Shown here: piece by piece, positions 9,342 through 18,892 of the stretch
Layout of the letters: each line of letters starts with the position of its first letter
Position numbering within the stretch: the first letter of the stretch is position 1
DNA from: Candidatus Latescibacterota bacterium
GTDB taxonomy: Bacteria; Latescibacterota; UBA2968; UBA8231
Assembly (NCBI GenBank): GCA_965203355.1
Contig: CBDBCT010000002.1
Location: 1 to 61,676 of the forward strand
Reading direction: 5' to 3'
DNA: 61,676 nucleotides
The notes under the pieces: model-generated
What the model was told of the DNA's origin: nothing
Databases searched by the model: none
The model's input: only the letters and a program-made list of their open reading frames with translations
Made by a program: the position numbers and the translations under genes

Positions 9342-10601
9342 CTACTTGATATAGAGCAAGGGGCGCGTCTGCCGCCCGCCCGGATAGGAAAGCCGCGTCA
9401 TATAGTAGCCGGTGGCCACCCCCGCCCCCTGCCCGTCGCGGGCGTCCCAAGCTACTTGGTATTCCCCGGCGTCCTGATCCTGATTCACCAGTGTACGCAC
9501 CAACTGCCCCAAGGCGTTGTAGATGTCCAGTCGCACCAAGCCGGGGGCGGCTAACTGGTAGGCCAGTTGGGTGCGGCTGTTGAAGGGATTGGGGTAGTTG
9601 GGCAGCAGGGCGGTCTGGGTCGGCAAAGGCGCCGCCGCGGCAACGGCTGTCGGGGTCGCGGCGGGGATATAGGTGGCCACGTCCCACAGCCGAACCGTGT
9701 CGTCGTCGCTGGCACTGGCCAGGGTCAGCCCATCCGGCGAAAACGACACCGAATAGACTCTATCCGTATGGCCTTCGAGGACAGCCTGTTGCTGCCCGGT
9801 CGCCACATCCCATAGCCGAACCGTTGAGTCCAGACTGGCACTAGCCAGGGTCAGCCCATCCGGCGAAAACGACACCGAAAAGACGGCAGACGTATGGTCT
9901 TCAAGGACGGCCTTTTGCTGCCTGGTCGCCACATCCCACAGCCGAACCGTGCCGTCCTCACTGGCACTGGCCAGGGTCAGCCCATCCGGCGAAAACGACA
10001 CCGAAAAGACGGCAGACGTATGGTCTTCAAGGACGGCCTTTTGCTGCCTGGTCGCCACATCCCACAGCCGAACCGTGCCGTCCTCACTGGCACTGGCGAG
10101 GGTCCATCCATCTGGCGAAAAGGACACCGAACGGACGGCATCCCTATGGCCTTCAAGGATGGCCTTTTGCTGCCCGGTGGCCACGTCCCATAGCCGAACC
10201 GTTGAGTCCCCATCCCAAATACTACCACCGCCACTGGCCAAGGTCTGACCATCCGGCGAAAAGGACACCGAATTGACCCCACTCGTATGGCCTTCGAGGA
10301 GGGCGACCTCGGCCCCGGTCGCGGCATCGTATAGCCAGATACCAATGTCGCTGCCGACCGCCAGCCGCGTACCGTCCGGCGAATAGGCCACCACACGTTC
10401 ACCCTGGCCGAGCTCGCCTTTGCCCAGACGAGCGAGCGCACCGTCGGGCAAGCCCAAGCGGGTGTAATCCTCGGCGCGACTGTCCTGCACAAACAAGACG
10501 ACGGGCAACAAGAAGGCGAAGACGAACCACAAACGCTTTTCTATCGAAAATATGCCTGCAAAGACAAGCCCCACTGTCCCAAATGTCCAAGAATGTTTCA
10601 C
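9342..10601 (-). CDS. Secreted WD40-repeat protein with C-terminal FlgD-like Ig domain
   Basis: Repeated GHT..V.SVSFSPDG.TLASAS.DGTVRLWDV (126-bp units); NYPNPFN...IYNALGQLVRTLV...WDARD domain; AGGAGG RBS. Confidence 0.92.
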   Translation of the reverse strand: MKHSWTFGTVGLVFAGIFSIEKRLWFVFAFLLPVVLFVQDSRAEDYTRLGLPDGALARLGKGELGQGERVVAYSPDGTRLAVGSDIGIWLYDAATGAEVALLEGHTSGVNSVSFSPDGQTLASGGGSIWDGDSTVRLWDVATGQQKAILEGHRDAVRSVSFSPDGWTLASASEDGTVRLWDVATRQQKAVLEDHTSAVFSVSFSPDGLTLASASEDGTVRLWDVATRQQKAVLEDHTSAVFSVSFSPDGLTLASASLDSTVRLWDVATGQQQAVLEGHTDRVYSVSFSPDGLTLASASDDDTVRLWDVATYIPAATPTAVAAAAPLPTQTALLPNYPNPFNSRTQLAYQLAAPGLVRLDIYNALGQLVRTLVNQDQDAGEYQVAWDARDGQGAGVATGYYMTRLSYPGGRQTRPLLYIK

Positions 10602-10649
10602 GGGGTTCTTCCCTCCTGAAGGTGGTTGTCGGCTCCCCCTTGGGAGCCG

Positions 10650-11187
10650 GGTTGCGGTAGGGCGGGTTCATAATCGCTACATGGAAGCGCGGGCAATCCT
10701 TGGGGGTGAGAAGGCCCCCATGGACCAAATTAGCAGCGGTGAGGATGAAGTTCTCTTGGCGCAACTCACCAGTGAATCGGATGCCGGCCTCGCGGCATAG
10801 GGTGCAGCAGTGCTCAAAGGCATGATCCAATTCCGCGGCGAGCAATTCATCAATCTCCCAGACCGTGGCATGTAGGGCTTGGGGTCGCCTGCTCCTTGAC
10901 CGGGCGCAAAACTCAGCGACGACGGCCGCCGTGAGAACGCCGCTGCCGCCGCCAGCGTCGAGGATACGTAGCTCCTTGGGGGGATTAGGAACCTCCAACA
11001 TGGTGGCCATAAAGTGGGCCACGTTTGCCGGCGTGAAAAACTGTCCGAGGGTAGTACGCCGCTTCGGGTTGGCAGCAAGGCGGTGGGAGATCGCCAACCG
11101 CTCAAGGTCGAGACGCTCAAGAAGATGCGCCGCAGCGCCAGCCACGTGGGTATCTTGGCTCTGGAGTTGAGCGTCGTATTCGGTCAT
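10650..11187 (-). pseudogene. BsuBI/PstI/Eco57I-like adenine methyltransferase, N-terminal fragment
   Basis: LGQFFTP, ILDAGGGSG and MNPPYR motifs; homology stops right after NPPY where the WD40 gene's upstream region begins. Confidence 0.8.
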
Positions 11188-11338
11188 CGTCGAGCGTATC
11201 CTTCTATTGATCAGTACTGCTCTGTCGGGGTAGTGAGTTAGGCTGAAAATAGACCTACGTGCCGACGTGACTGGCATGGGGGCTTACTCTACGGCCACCC
11301 GTATTTTTAGTAGTACGACCTAAGACACTACCGGCCAT

Positions 11339-11743
11339 TCACTTGGGCACCGGGAAAGGCAACGCCATCTGACTCAACACCTCGTCCATTTTTTTGGTTC
11401 CCTTGCGCCGATTACAGGGCGCACAAACGGCCTGAATATTGCTCGCGTCGTCTGTTCCGCCTCGTGAACTGGGGGTCTTGTGATCAATATGACTTTGCCC
11501 TTTGCCTTGGGGTATGGCCTCCCCGCAGATTGTGCAGCGGCCTTGTTGCTCGGCCAGCTTGTCGGGCAGATGCCGCCGGCGCAGGGGCGTGGTGCCTCGC
11601 ACGCGCTGGTGTGCCAACAGACGGGCTCGATACTCCGGATCGCTCTGGTATCGGTCTCGCAGTCGGGCGTTACGATGCGCTCGACACCGAACCTGCTTGT
11701 CTTCTCTGGGGGCCGAGCAGCCTGACTCGATGCAAATGCTCAT
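11339..11743 (-). CDS. HNH endonuclease with N-terminal Cys/His motif
   Basis: CTICG...HIDHKTPSSRGGTDDASNIQAVCAPCNRRKG. Confidence 0.85.
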   Translation of the reverse strand: MSICIESGCSAPREDKQVRCRAHRNARLRDRYQSDPEYRARLLAHQRVRGTTPLRRRHLPDKLAEQQGRCTICGEAIPQGKGQSHIDHKTPSSRGGTDDASNIQAVCAPCNRRKGTKKMDEVLSQMALPFPVPK

Positions 11744-11900
11744 GTACGTCTTTCAGCGCGTTGACGGCGGCGCAGCGTGTTACTCAGATTTTGCTTGTGG
11801 CGCCGCGAGGGCTCTGGTGAGCAGGTGATCGTCTTCGGGCTAAGCAGTCGGGCTTTGGGGCCACCATGGGCAAGGGCTCCTTCTGCGGAAGTTGCATGGC

Positions 11901-11925
11901 ATGGAATACCGCGACGGTATTCCAT
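11901..11925. promoter_or_regulatory. 25-bp palindrome ATGGAATACCG-NNN-CGGTATTCCAT, copy 1 (spacer CGA)
   Basis: Perfect 11-bp arms; four copies in the window; function inferred. Confidence 0.6.
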
Positions 11926-12631
11926 ACTCAGCATCAATAGGGCGCAGGACGGCTGGCCACCTGCGCCCCCACATACAGCACCTCTCTTTCCCAAGATATA
12001 GTAAAGCAGCCCCATAGAATCAGGTCAAGAAGTCGTCAACCGCGTCGTCAACCGCATTCTTTTAGCAAGCTCGTTTTCTGTTTCTCAATTCGATCTTGCG
12101 CTGGTCTGGTGAACGGCTGGCTATCCATCAGAGCGACTGAGCCAGCCGGGGGACCATACGGTCGCGGTCATCGTCCTAGGCGTGCTGCTTATGAAGGCGG
12201 CGGACCGCATGACGGACCGCCACCCTGAACAGAGGCCCTCTGGGTATCTCCATACCCTTACCCCCACTTACCGCGCTTGAGGAAGTGAAGGACCAGCCAG
12301 CCGAACAGCCCTATGGCCAGGATGAGGCGGCCTAGGGTTACTCATCGACGGGCTCATAGTATCCTCATCCTTTCCAGTCTCCATCAAGGTCAAACACTAC
12401 GAAGTGATGACGGTCAAAGCATGCCACCAAGGAATACTTCTTCAGGCGGTTGGTGAGGCTCTGTCGCGTCGTTCCACTACTGTCCTTATCCTTGTAGTGA
12501 TTGAGAGAGCTACAGCGGCGGAGACCGTAAGAGACCAATGGAGAATGTCATAGGACCATGGAGAGGACAGACCACGAGCCGCCCAACTCGCGCCTTGTCG
12601 GTACCAACTCCGACCCTTTGCTGGAGCAAAG

Positions 12632-12656
12632 ATGGAATACCGACCCGGTATTCCAT
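12632..12656. promoter_or_regulatory. 25-bp palindrome, copy 2 (spacer ACC)
   Basis: Identical arms; 34 bp upstream of the zinc-finger ORF. Confidence 0.6.
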
Positions 12657-12690
12657 TCTCGCAACTTTGCCTAAAGAGAGCTGGTTCCTC

Positions 12691-12864
12691 ATGGCCACCT
12701 CGCCCCCCGTCCGTCATTGTGTAATCTGCCAGCAGGAGATTCCCACAGCTCGGCTCCAAGTCAGTCCGAACACGATTACCTGTTCGCCAGAGCATTCGCG
12801 ACGCCACAAGCAAAACCTGATTAATGCGCTGCGCCGCCGTCAACGTGCTGAAAGGCGTCTATGA
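12691..12864 (+). CDS. Small TraR/DksA-like zinc-finger protein
   Basis: CVICQQEIPTARLQVSPNTITCSPEH; stop overlaps a truncated HNH start (MKTCIKAGCSAPR); degenerate inverted copy at about 11740-11860. Confidence 0.6.
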   Translation: MATSPPVRHCVICQQEIPTARLQVSPNTITCSPEHSRRHKQNLINALRRRQRAERRL

Positions 12865-13054
12865 AAACTTGCATCAAGGCCGGGTGCTCGGCCCCTAGAA
12901 TCGTCTTTTTATTTATGTTAGGTAGTATGTATAGTAGTTCCTGAGGATGAAACCAACGAACCGGGCCGGCATTATAGGAGCCGGCACTGGGATTCGGCGA
13001 TTCTTGTATTGGCCGAGCGTCGGATGCGCGAACTCTTGATCGGGGTTGCCCCGG

Positions 13055-13110
13055 ACCTCTTCGACTTCTTCAAAGCGTTTGAAATTGCGCACGGTGAGTC
13101 TGGTGAGCAT
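13055..13110 (-). pseudogene. N-terminal stub of an AAA/SMC-like ATPase
   Basis: MLTRLTVRNFKRFEEV is a typical first strand; no Walker A follows. Confidence 0.5.
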
Positions 13111-13345
13111 CAGGTGTTTCCTCGACCGGAACCGAACTGGACGCGGATTTCGCCGGAGATGAGCTTGGGGAGGAGGGTGTCGCGGGTTTGGGCGAGGATG
13201 GAGGTCTCGTGAATGTTCGCCTCTAGGCGATCAAGCAGCGGCTTTACGACCCCCTGAAAAGCGCAAGCAACCCGCTTCGATGGCAAGCACATCTTGAATT
13301 GCGCCATTGTATTCCAGCTTGTGCGTGGCATCTTGATACCGGTCG
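13110..13345 (-). pseudogene. hsdS: Type I R-M HsdS C-terminal fragment
   Basis: TGIKMPRTSW...LAQTRDTLLPKLISGEIRV. Confidence 0.85.
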
Positions 13346-13395
13346 ATTAACTAATCAGCGTTTTGAGGTTTTTGAAAAAGCATGGGAGGACTCCG

Positions 13396-16300
13396 ATGCA
13401 ATCAAAAAACAGGACGATAGCCCTTTTCTTGGGCGTCCTGAGCTATACATCCCTTTGGGGACAGAACATAGACTTCTCCCCACCTGACAAACCCGCCGGC
13501 CCGGCCAAGCTAGAAAGTGCGTTGTGGGCCTTGGCCGCACCCCGAGCCGGCAAGCCGGTTAGCGCTGTACAGGATACGGTCGTCGTCATCTTGGTTCCAC
13601 ATCTTGGTCAAGGGTCGGCTTCGATTGATACGTCGGCACTGGCGGCACGGGGCGGGACGGTGCGCGCCCAGTCCAAGAGTCTGATGCGGGTTTCGGTTCC
13701 GGCGGCGGCACTGCGGGCGGTTTCCGAGCTACCGGGGGTTCGCTTTGTTCGCCGGCCGCGTCGGCCGCATCCGAACCAGACTGTCAGCGAAGGGGTGCAA
13801 GTCACCAAAGCGTATGATAATCACCGCAATGGTGTGAGTGGCCAAGGGGTCAAGGTGGCGATTGTTGATGTCGCATTTAAGGGGGCGGATCAATTAGGCT
13901 CAGACCTGCCGACGGATGTGAAGAATTTCGACTTTACCGGGGACGGGATGGACGCCTACGACGGTCCTGAACGCTTTTTTGCCCACGGCACCGCTTGTGC
14001 CGAGGTCGTCCACGATATGGCTCCTGAAGCCGAACTCACGCTGCTGAAGACAGGCGATTTAGTTGACCTTGAGAATGCCAAAGACTTTTGCATACGAGAG
14101 GGAATTGACATAATCAATCATTCCATAACTTGGCCTGATGGCTTTGGCGACGGCCGTGGGCCGGTCTGCGACATTGTAAATGACGCGGCCGACAACGGCA
14201 TTCTCTGGGTCAATGCGGCGGGCAATGAGGCCGAGAAACATTACGAAGGGGTATGGTCTGATCCCGATGGGGATCGTTGGCACAACTTTAGTAGCCAAGA
14301 AGACGAGACACTGTCGTTTAAAGCCGAGGCCGGGGATGATATATCTGTTTACTTGACTTGGGATGATTGGCCCACCTCCTACCAAGACTACGACCTGTAT
14401 CTCTATTTTGAAAAAGCCGACGGCACTTTAGAACGAGTCACCTACAGTACCACTACTCAACACGGTTCCGGTGGCACGCCTTATGAACGTATCGAAATAA
14501 AGGCACCAAAATCGGGGGACTATGGCATAGGGGTTTATTTGGACGATAATGTGAGTGCCCAGCCTATGAAGCTAAAGATATTTTCTGATGTCGATTTGGC
14601 AGAGTATGCGGTTGCCAAGAGCAGTATCCAGCCTCCTGGAGACGCCAGAGGGGCTATGACCGTTGGCGCGATCCATTATAACGATTACGACCTAGGTCGG
14701 GTTCAAGATGAGAGTTCCCGAGGGCCTACGACCGATGGTCGCATCAAGCCCGACCTCGTCGCACCTATTGGAGTATCGACCGTTACTTATGGTGCCGGTG
14801 GCTTTTGGGGGACTTCCGTGGCGACTCCCCACGTGGCTGGCGCGGCAGCACTGATCAAGTCGGCGAATCCATCGTACTCGCGCACTCAGTTGTGGGATGC
14901 CCTGCTCGCGGCAACGGTTGACATAGGAACCTCGGGGCAGGACAACGACAGCGGATACGGCAAACTCGTGCTGCCGATTACGAATTCCGCGCCCACCAAC
15001 GATGCGCCGCCCACCAATGATGCACCGCCTACCAATGATGCACCGCCTACCAATGATGAGCCGATCTCTTACGATGAGCCGATCTCTTACGATGAAACGC
15101 TGAGCGAGAACATCATCCTGTCGGTGCGTCCGAGTGAGATCAAAGAGGACGCGGGGGAAACAACGGTTACGGTGACAGGTACGTTAGACGGCCAGGGGCT
15201 CGACGCGGATGCGACCCTCACGTTGGTCTTGGATCACGCCTCGGACCTGGCGGCGACGCGCGATGTGGACTATCTGGCGCAGCTAACGACGCTGACGATT
15301 CCGCGCGGTTCGGTGTCCGGGACGGCGACGATTGCGATCACCCCGCTCCCCGATGGGCAAGCCGACACCCACGAGACGATCACGCTAACGCTGTTGACCG
15401 ACGACCTCAAAAACCAAGCCGGCGCGACCCTCGCGGTCCGTACCGCAACGATCACGCTGATCGATGGCGCGACTATGACGGATGCGGATGCGGATGCGCC
15501 CGCCGACCTCGGCCAGCCTCGCTTCGCCGCGGGCCCGTTAGCCTTAGCCTTTGAAGCGACGATGGGGCGGGCATTTAGTGCGGTGTTGCCCGCCGCCACC
15601 GGCGAAGGGACGCTGACGTATAGCGTCTCGTCCGGGCTGCCGGCCGGGCTGGCGTTTGACCCGGCCACGCGGACGATTTCCGGGACGCCGACCGCCGTGG
15701 GTATGGCTACGCTCGTCTATACGGTGCTCGATAGCGACGGCGACCGCGCCGCCCGAACCGTCACCCTCACGGTTCGGGAAGCCCAGCCGGTCGTGGGGGT
15801 CGCCCGGGTGATGGCTTCGCCAGCGGTCGTGCGCGAAAACGGCGAGCCGACCGAAATCCGCGTTACGGCGACGTTGGTGGGGGCGGCCCCGACGGCGGAG
15901 ACGGTCCGCTTCACGCTTGTGCCGCCGGCCAGCGGGACGATGGCCACCCGCAACGTGGATTACACCGCGACATGGGCGGGAACCGTCACCATCGCGGCCG
16001 GGGAGACGATGGGTTCGACGACGCTTTTCCTGTCGCCGATCGACAACGCTTTGGCCGATGGTCATAAGCACTTGGGTATTCGGGCGGCGGCTTCGGGCGG
16101 TTGGGGGCAAGTGGACCTGCGGATTTCCGACGACGAGACGGCCAGCACGGCTCTGGTGGTGTCGGTGATGCCGAGCGCGATTAGCGAGTCGGCGGAATGG
16201 ACGGAAGTGATGGTCATGGCCGCGCTGGACGGCCAGCCCTTGGCCACGGATGCGACGGTCGCCATCTCGATTGACGCGGCTTCGAGTGCCACGCGCGGTA

Positions 16301-16878
16301 CAGACTACTCGGCCCGGTTCGATCCAGCCGTTACCATTGCGGCCGGTTCGCTTAGGGGTTCGACGCGCTTTTGGATTGACCCGGTCGCCGATGGCTTGGC
16401 CGAAGGCGACGAGACGATCGTCCTCCACGCGAGGGGTTCGGGCTTGACGGCGGGTTCGGCGACGCTGGTGCTGACGGACGTGGATAGCGGCATAATGGAC
16501 GGCGATGAGGAGAAGACGCTCTCCTTGGCTTTCGTCGAGGGAGCTTCGGTCTCTGCACACACCTACACGGCGGGCACGGCGATTACGCCGTTGGTCCTGC
16601 CTGCGGCGCGGGGCGGCGAGGGAGCCATCACGTATAGCGTGTCGGATTTGCCAGCCGGGCTGTCGTTTAACGCGACCACCCGGACGATTTCCGGGACGCC
16701 GGACGCAGCGACCGATGGGGCCGTTGAGGTCACCTACACGGCGACGGCTGGCGCCGAAAGCGTCTCGCTGACGTTCACAATCACGGTCAACCCGATGCTG
16801 GACTTGGGCGACCTGAGCACGTTGTTCGAGGTGTTCAACAGCGGATCCGGCAAGCCGGTGCCGTCTTTGGGAGAATAG
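13396..16878 (+). CDS. Secreted S8 subtilisin-like peptidase with Ig-like (He_PIG/Calx-like) repeats
   Basis: Signal peptide; VAIVD, AHGTACA, NAAGN, GTSVATPHVAG; LPAGLAFDPATRTISGTP-type motif twice; GGAGGA RBS before ATG 13396. Confidence 0.9.
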   Translation: MQSKNRTIALFLGVLSYTSLWGQNIDFSPPDKPAGPAKLESALWALAAPRAGKPVSAVQDTVVVILVPHLGQGSASIDTSALAARGGTVRAQSKSLMRVSVPAAALRAVSELPGVRFVRRPRRPHPNQTVSEGVQVTKAYDNHRNGVSGQGVKVAIVDVAFKGADQLGSDLPTDVKNFDFTGDGMDAYDGPERFFAHGTACAEVVHDMAPEAELTLLKTGDLVDLENAKDFCIREGIDIINHSITWPDGFGDGRGPVCDIVNDAADNGILWVNAAGNEAEKHYEGVWSDPDGDRWHNFSSQEDETLSFKAEAGDDISVYLTWDDWPTSYQDYDLYLYFEKADGTLERVTYSTTTQHGSGGTPYERIEIKAPKSGDYGIGVYLDDNVSAQPMKLKIFSDVDLAEYAVAKSSIQPPGDARGAMTVGAIHYNDYDLGRVQDESSRGPTTDGRIKPDLVAPIGVSTVTYGAGGFWGTSVATPHVAGAAALIKSANPSYSRTQLWDALLAATVDIGTSGQDNDSGYGKLVLPITNSAPTNDAPPTNDAPPTNDAPPTNDEPISYDEPISYDETLSENIILSVRPSEIKEDAGETTVTVTGTLDGQGLDADATLTLVLDHASDLAATRDVDYLAQLTTLTIPRGSVSGTATIAITPLPDGQADTHETITLTLLTDDLKNQAGATLAVRTATITLIDGATMTDADADAPADLGQPRFAAGPLALAFEATMGRAFSAVLPAATGEGTLTYSVSSGLPAGLAFDPATRTISGTPTAVGMATLVYTVLDSDGDRAARTVTLTVREAQPVVGVARVMASPAVVRENGEPTEIRVTATLVGAAPTAETVRFTLVPPASGTMATRNVDYTATWAGTVTIAAGETMGSTTLFLSPIDNALADGHKHLGIRAAASGGWGQVDLRISDDETASTALVVSVMPSAISESAEWTEVMVMAALDGQPLATDATVAISIDAASSATRGTDYSARFDPAVTIAAGSLRGSTRFWIDPVADGLAEGDETIVLHARGSGLTAGSATLVLTDVDSGIMDGDEEKTLSLAFVEGASVSAHTYTAGTAITPLVLPAARGGEGAITYSVSDLPAGLSFNATTRTISGTPDAATDGAVEVTYTATAGAESVSLTFTITVNPMLDLGDLSTLFEVFNSGSGKPVPSLGE
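14989..15096 (+). repeat. In-frame 18-bp tandem repeats forming a linker
   Basis: (PPTNDA) about 3-4 times, then (DEPISY) twice. Confidence 0.85.
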
Positions 16879-17261
16879 GTCGCATCGTTGACCTCAGTGA
16901 CCTCCCCTAGCTTTACCTCGCGCCAATTACTCCTCTCGACCTCCGCCCTCTCCCTCTCCACCAACACCACATGCTCCCGCTCCATCTGCTTGCGAAACGA
17001 GTCCGGCACTTCGTCCCACACAAACAAGTCCACCCGAAACGGCACGTTGCTTTCCTCAAACGCCTCCCGGAGATCGGACACGGCACGCTGCTGGCCGGGC
17101 GTGGCAAACACCACCAAGTCCAGATCGGAATGCGGGCGGGATGTCCATTTTGCGCGGGAGCCATAGACCCAAGCGGCCGTTCCGGGCAGATGGCGTTGCA
17201 ACAGTGCTAAGACCGTCTCGCGCTGTTTAGCCGACAGGTCGATAGTGTGCTCTACTGCCAT
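16865..17261 (-). pseudogene. Minimal nucleotidyltransferase (MNT) fused to an HsdS N-terminus, truncated
   Basis: VYGSRA...SDLDLVV...RVDL, then NWREVKLGEV HsdS start, cut by the S8 gene. Confidence 0.8.
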
Positions 17262-17497
17262 GTTGCACCGCTCATGGTCTCGTAGAGATCGCTGGCGGCG
17301 GCGATGAAGGCCGGCACGAGTTCCAGACAGGCCGCGGCTTTCTCACCATCAAAGCTGGCCGGGCAGCGCGACCATGCAGTCCACCAGATCGGCCTCGATC
17401 AGATTCTTTCTGATGTCGCCCTCGCCCGACGGGTTGGACGACATAGAGCCATTGGCCAACACAAAGCCCGCCGCGCCAGAGGGCGCAAGATGGTGGA
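17252..17497 (-). pseudogene. Joined remnants of an HsdM mid-fragment and an HI0074-like HEPN C-terminus
   Basis: Manual translation: [48 protein letters not shown], then in another frame DGEKAAACLELVPAFIAAASDLYETMSGATWQ* overlapping the MNT start. Confidence 0.7.
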
Positions 17498-17516
17498 TGC
17501 TATGGCAGTCCCTGAC

Positions 17517-17699
17517 CTAGCTGTGGTCCTCGCTTATAGCCATCTCGCAGAGGATAGCCAGCAGCCGCATGCGGACGATCTCCTCGAAGGTCATACCCGT
17601 CTCCTGGAGCGCCGACCGTAGGCCCGCCGCCACCTTGTCGCCCATGTAGAGACGGACGACGGTGGGGTCGTCCGCCGCCTTGGACGGGTGGACCGACAT
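17517..17699 (-). CDS. Small hypothetical protein, possible ribbon-helix-helix
   Basis: VVRLYM...LQETGMTFEEIVR pattern. Confidence 0.3.
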   Translation of the reverse strand: MSVHPSKAADDPTVVRLYMGDKVAAGLRSALQETGMTFEEIVRMRLLAILCEMAISEDHS

Positions 17700-18140
17700 C
17701 CAGAACGCACACCGCCGATCATGGTCGGGCGGTATCTAATCGTCCATGCGTTCGTTGACCTCGTCGGGTATGGACGAGAGCGGCAACAGTATCAGTTGCG
17801 CCGTAGACCAGTCGTCGACCAAGGGCATGAGAAAGCCTCCTTTATTATGGGTTGGGTAAGGTAAGCAAGGGAAGGTGAAAAAGGCAAGGTTTTGCTCCTC
17901 TTCTACATTTTTCGTAGCCTGCCTCGCGCGTCCCTCTTAGTGAGAACGATCGGCCTCTTGTGCGGGTACATCATCAAAAAGGCTACGATTTGAGGAGGCG
18001 GCGAGGACGCACACAAGGGCGGCCTTCTCGCCGTCCGTTTATCGCCCTTTTGTGGTATAAAATAGTACTCAGGAGAAACCGCCGACCGGTTGCATAGGGC
18101 GGCTTGTGTTGGCTTCTCCATAACCCGAAAGGGGTTTTTT

Positions 18141-18439
18141 ATGAATCGTATTCTGTTGAGTGCAGGGGTGGCGGTGGCTTCGGCGGCGGCCATCCAGCTG
18201 TCGCGCTGGGCCAGCAACCGGCACAAGGGCACCGTGTCGGCCCGCCAGGTGGCCGAGGACGGCGGCGGCGTCCCGGTGGTGGGTATGGGCGTGGGCATGG
18301 TCGGCCTACACGGGGCGGCTACTACGACCCGGGCAAGGGTCGTATCGCCCCCCAAGCGTCCGAGTCGAATGGCATGGGCGACGTGGCAGCGGCCGCCCAC
18401 GAGGCAACCCATGTGGCTCAGGCCGGGGAGGGCGCCTAG
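18141..18439 (+). pseudogene. Frameshifted YugP-like zinc metallopeptidase remnant
   Basis: Hydrophobic N-terminus in one frame; YYDP...VAAAAHEATH (HExxH) in another. Confidence 0.5.
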
Positions 18440-18449
18440 CACATGCGGG

Positions 18450-18642
18450 GGCGGACGTAGTCCTTGGGCAGCACATCCTTTAGGGTGGGGTTGGCACGTT
18501 CAATACCGGCCATAGCCTCGTCCACGACTTGGCCGATAGTGGGTTGCCGTGTCTGTTCCTTGAGACGAGACCATCGGGCCTCGATAGGCACCCAGAAAAT
18601 GTTCTCGGCGTGGTACTCATCTGGATCCTCGGGATCGGCCCC
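18450..18642 (-). pseudogene. hsdM: Type I R-M HsdM N-terminal-domain fragment
   Basis: [21 protein letters not shown]...[20 protein letters not shown]. Confidence 0.8.
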
Positions 18643-18646
18643 TAGG

Positions 18647-18818
18647 TCGGTGGGTGTCCAAGAGCCAATCAACACTAAGAATTAGGTTGACACGCCTTGG
18701 GGCTGTCGTGATGGCTAGTTGCTCTACCTACAAGACCAGAGGCCGCACCGGTTCGTGCCACCCCCGACGACCCAGAATTACTCAAATACCAAGATGATTA
18801 TTTACTCAAATACTCAAT
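18647..18818 (+). repeat. About 170-bp dispersed repeat, copy 1 (copy 2 at 25203-25372)
   Basis: Shared gtgtccaagagccaatcaacactaagaat..gttgacacgccttggggctgtcgtgat...tactcaaatactca. Confidence 0.85.
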
Positions 18819-18892
18819 CCGATGGTCAGAATTCTCATTCGCCGACCCCGCCGCTTCTTTAGCGAGGTTTTCGTCTATGGATGTTGGCATTT

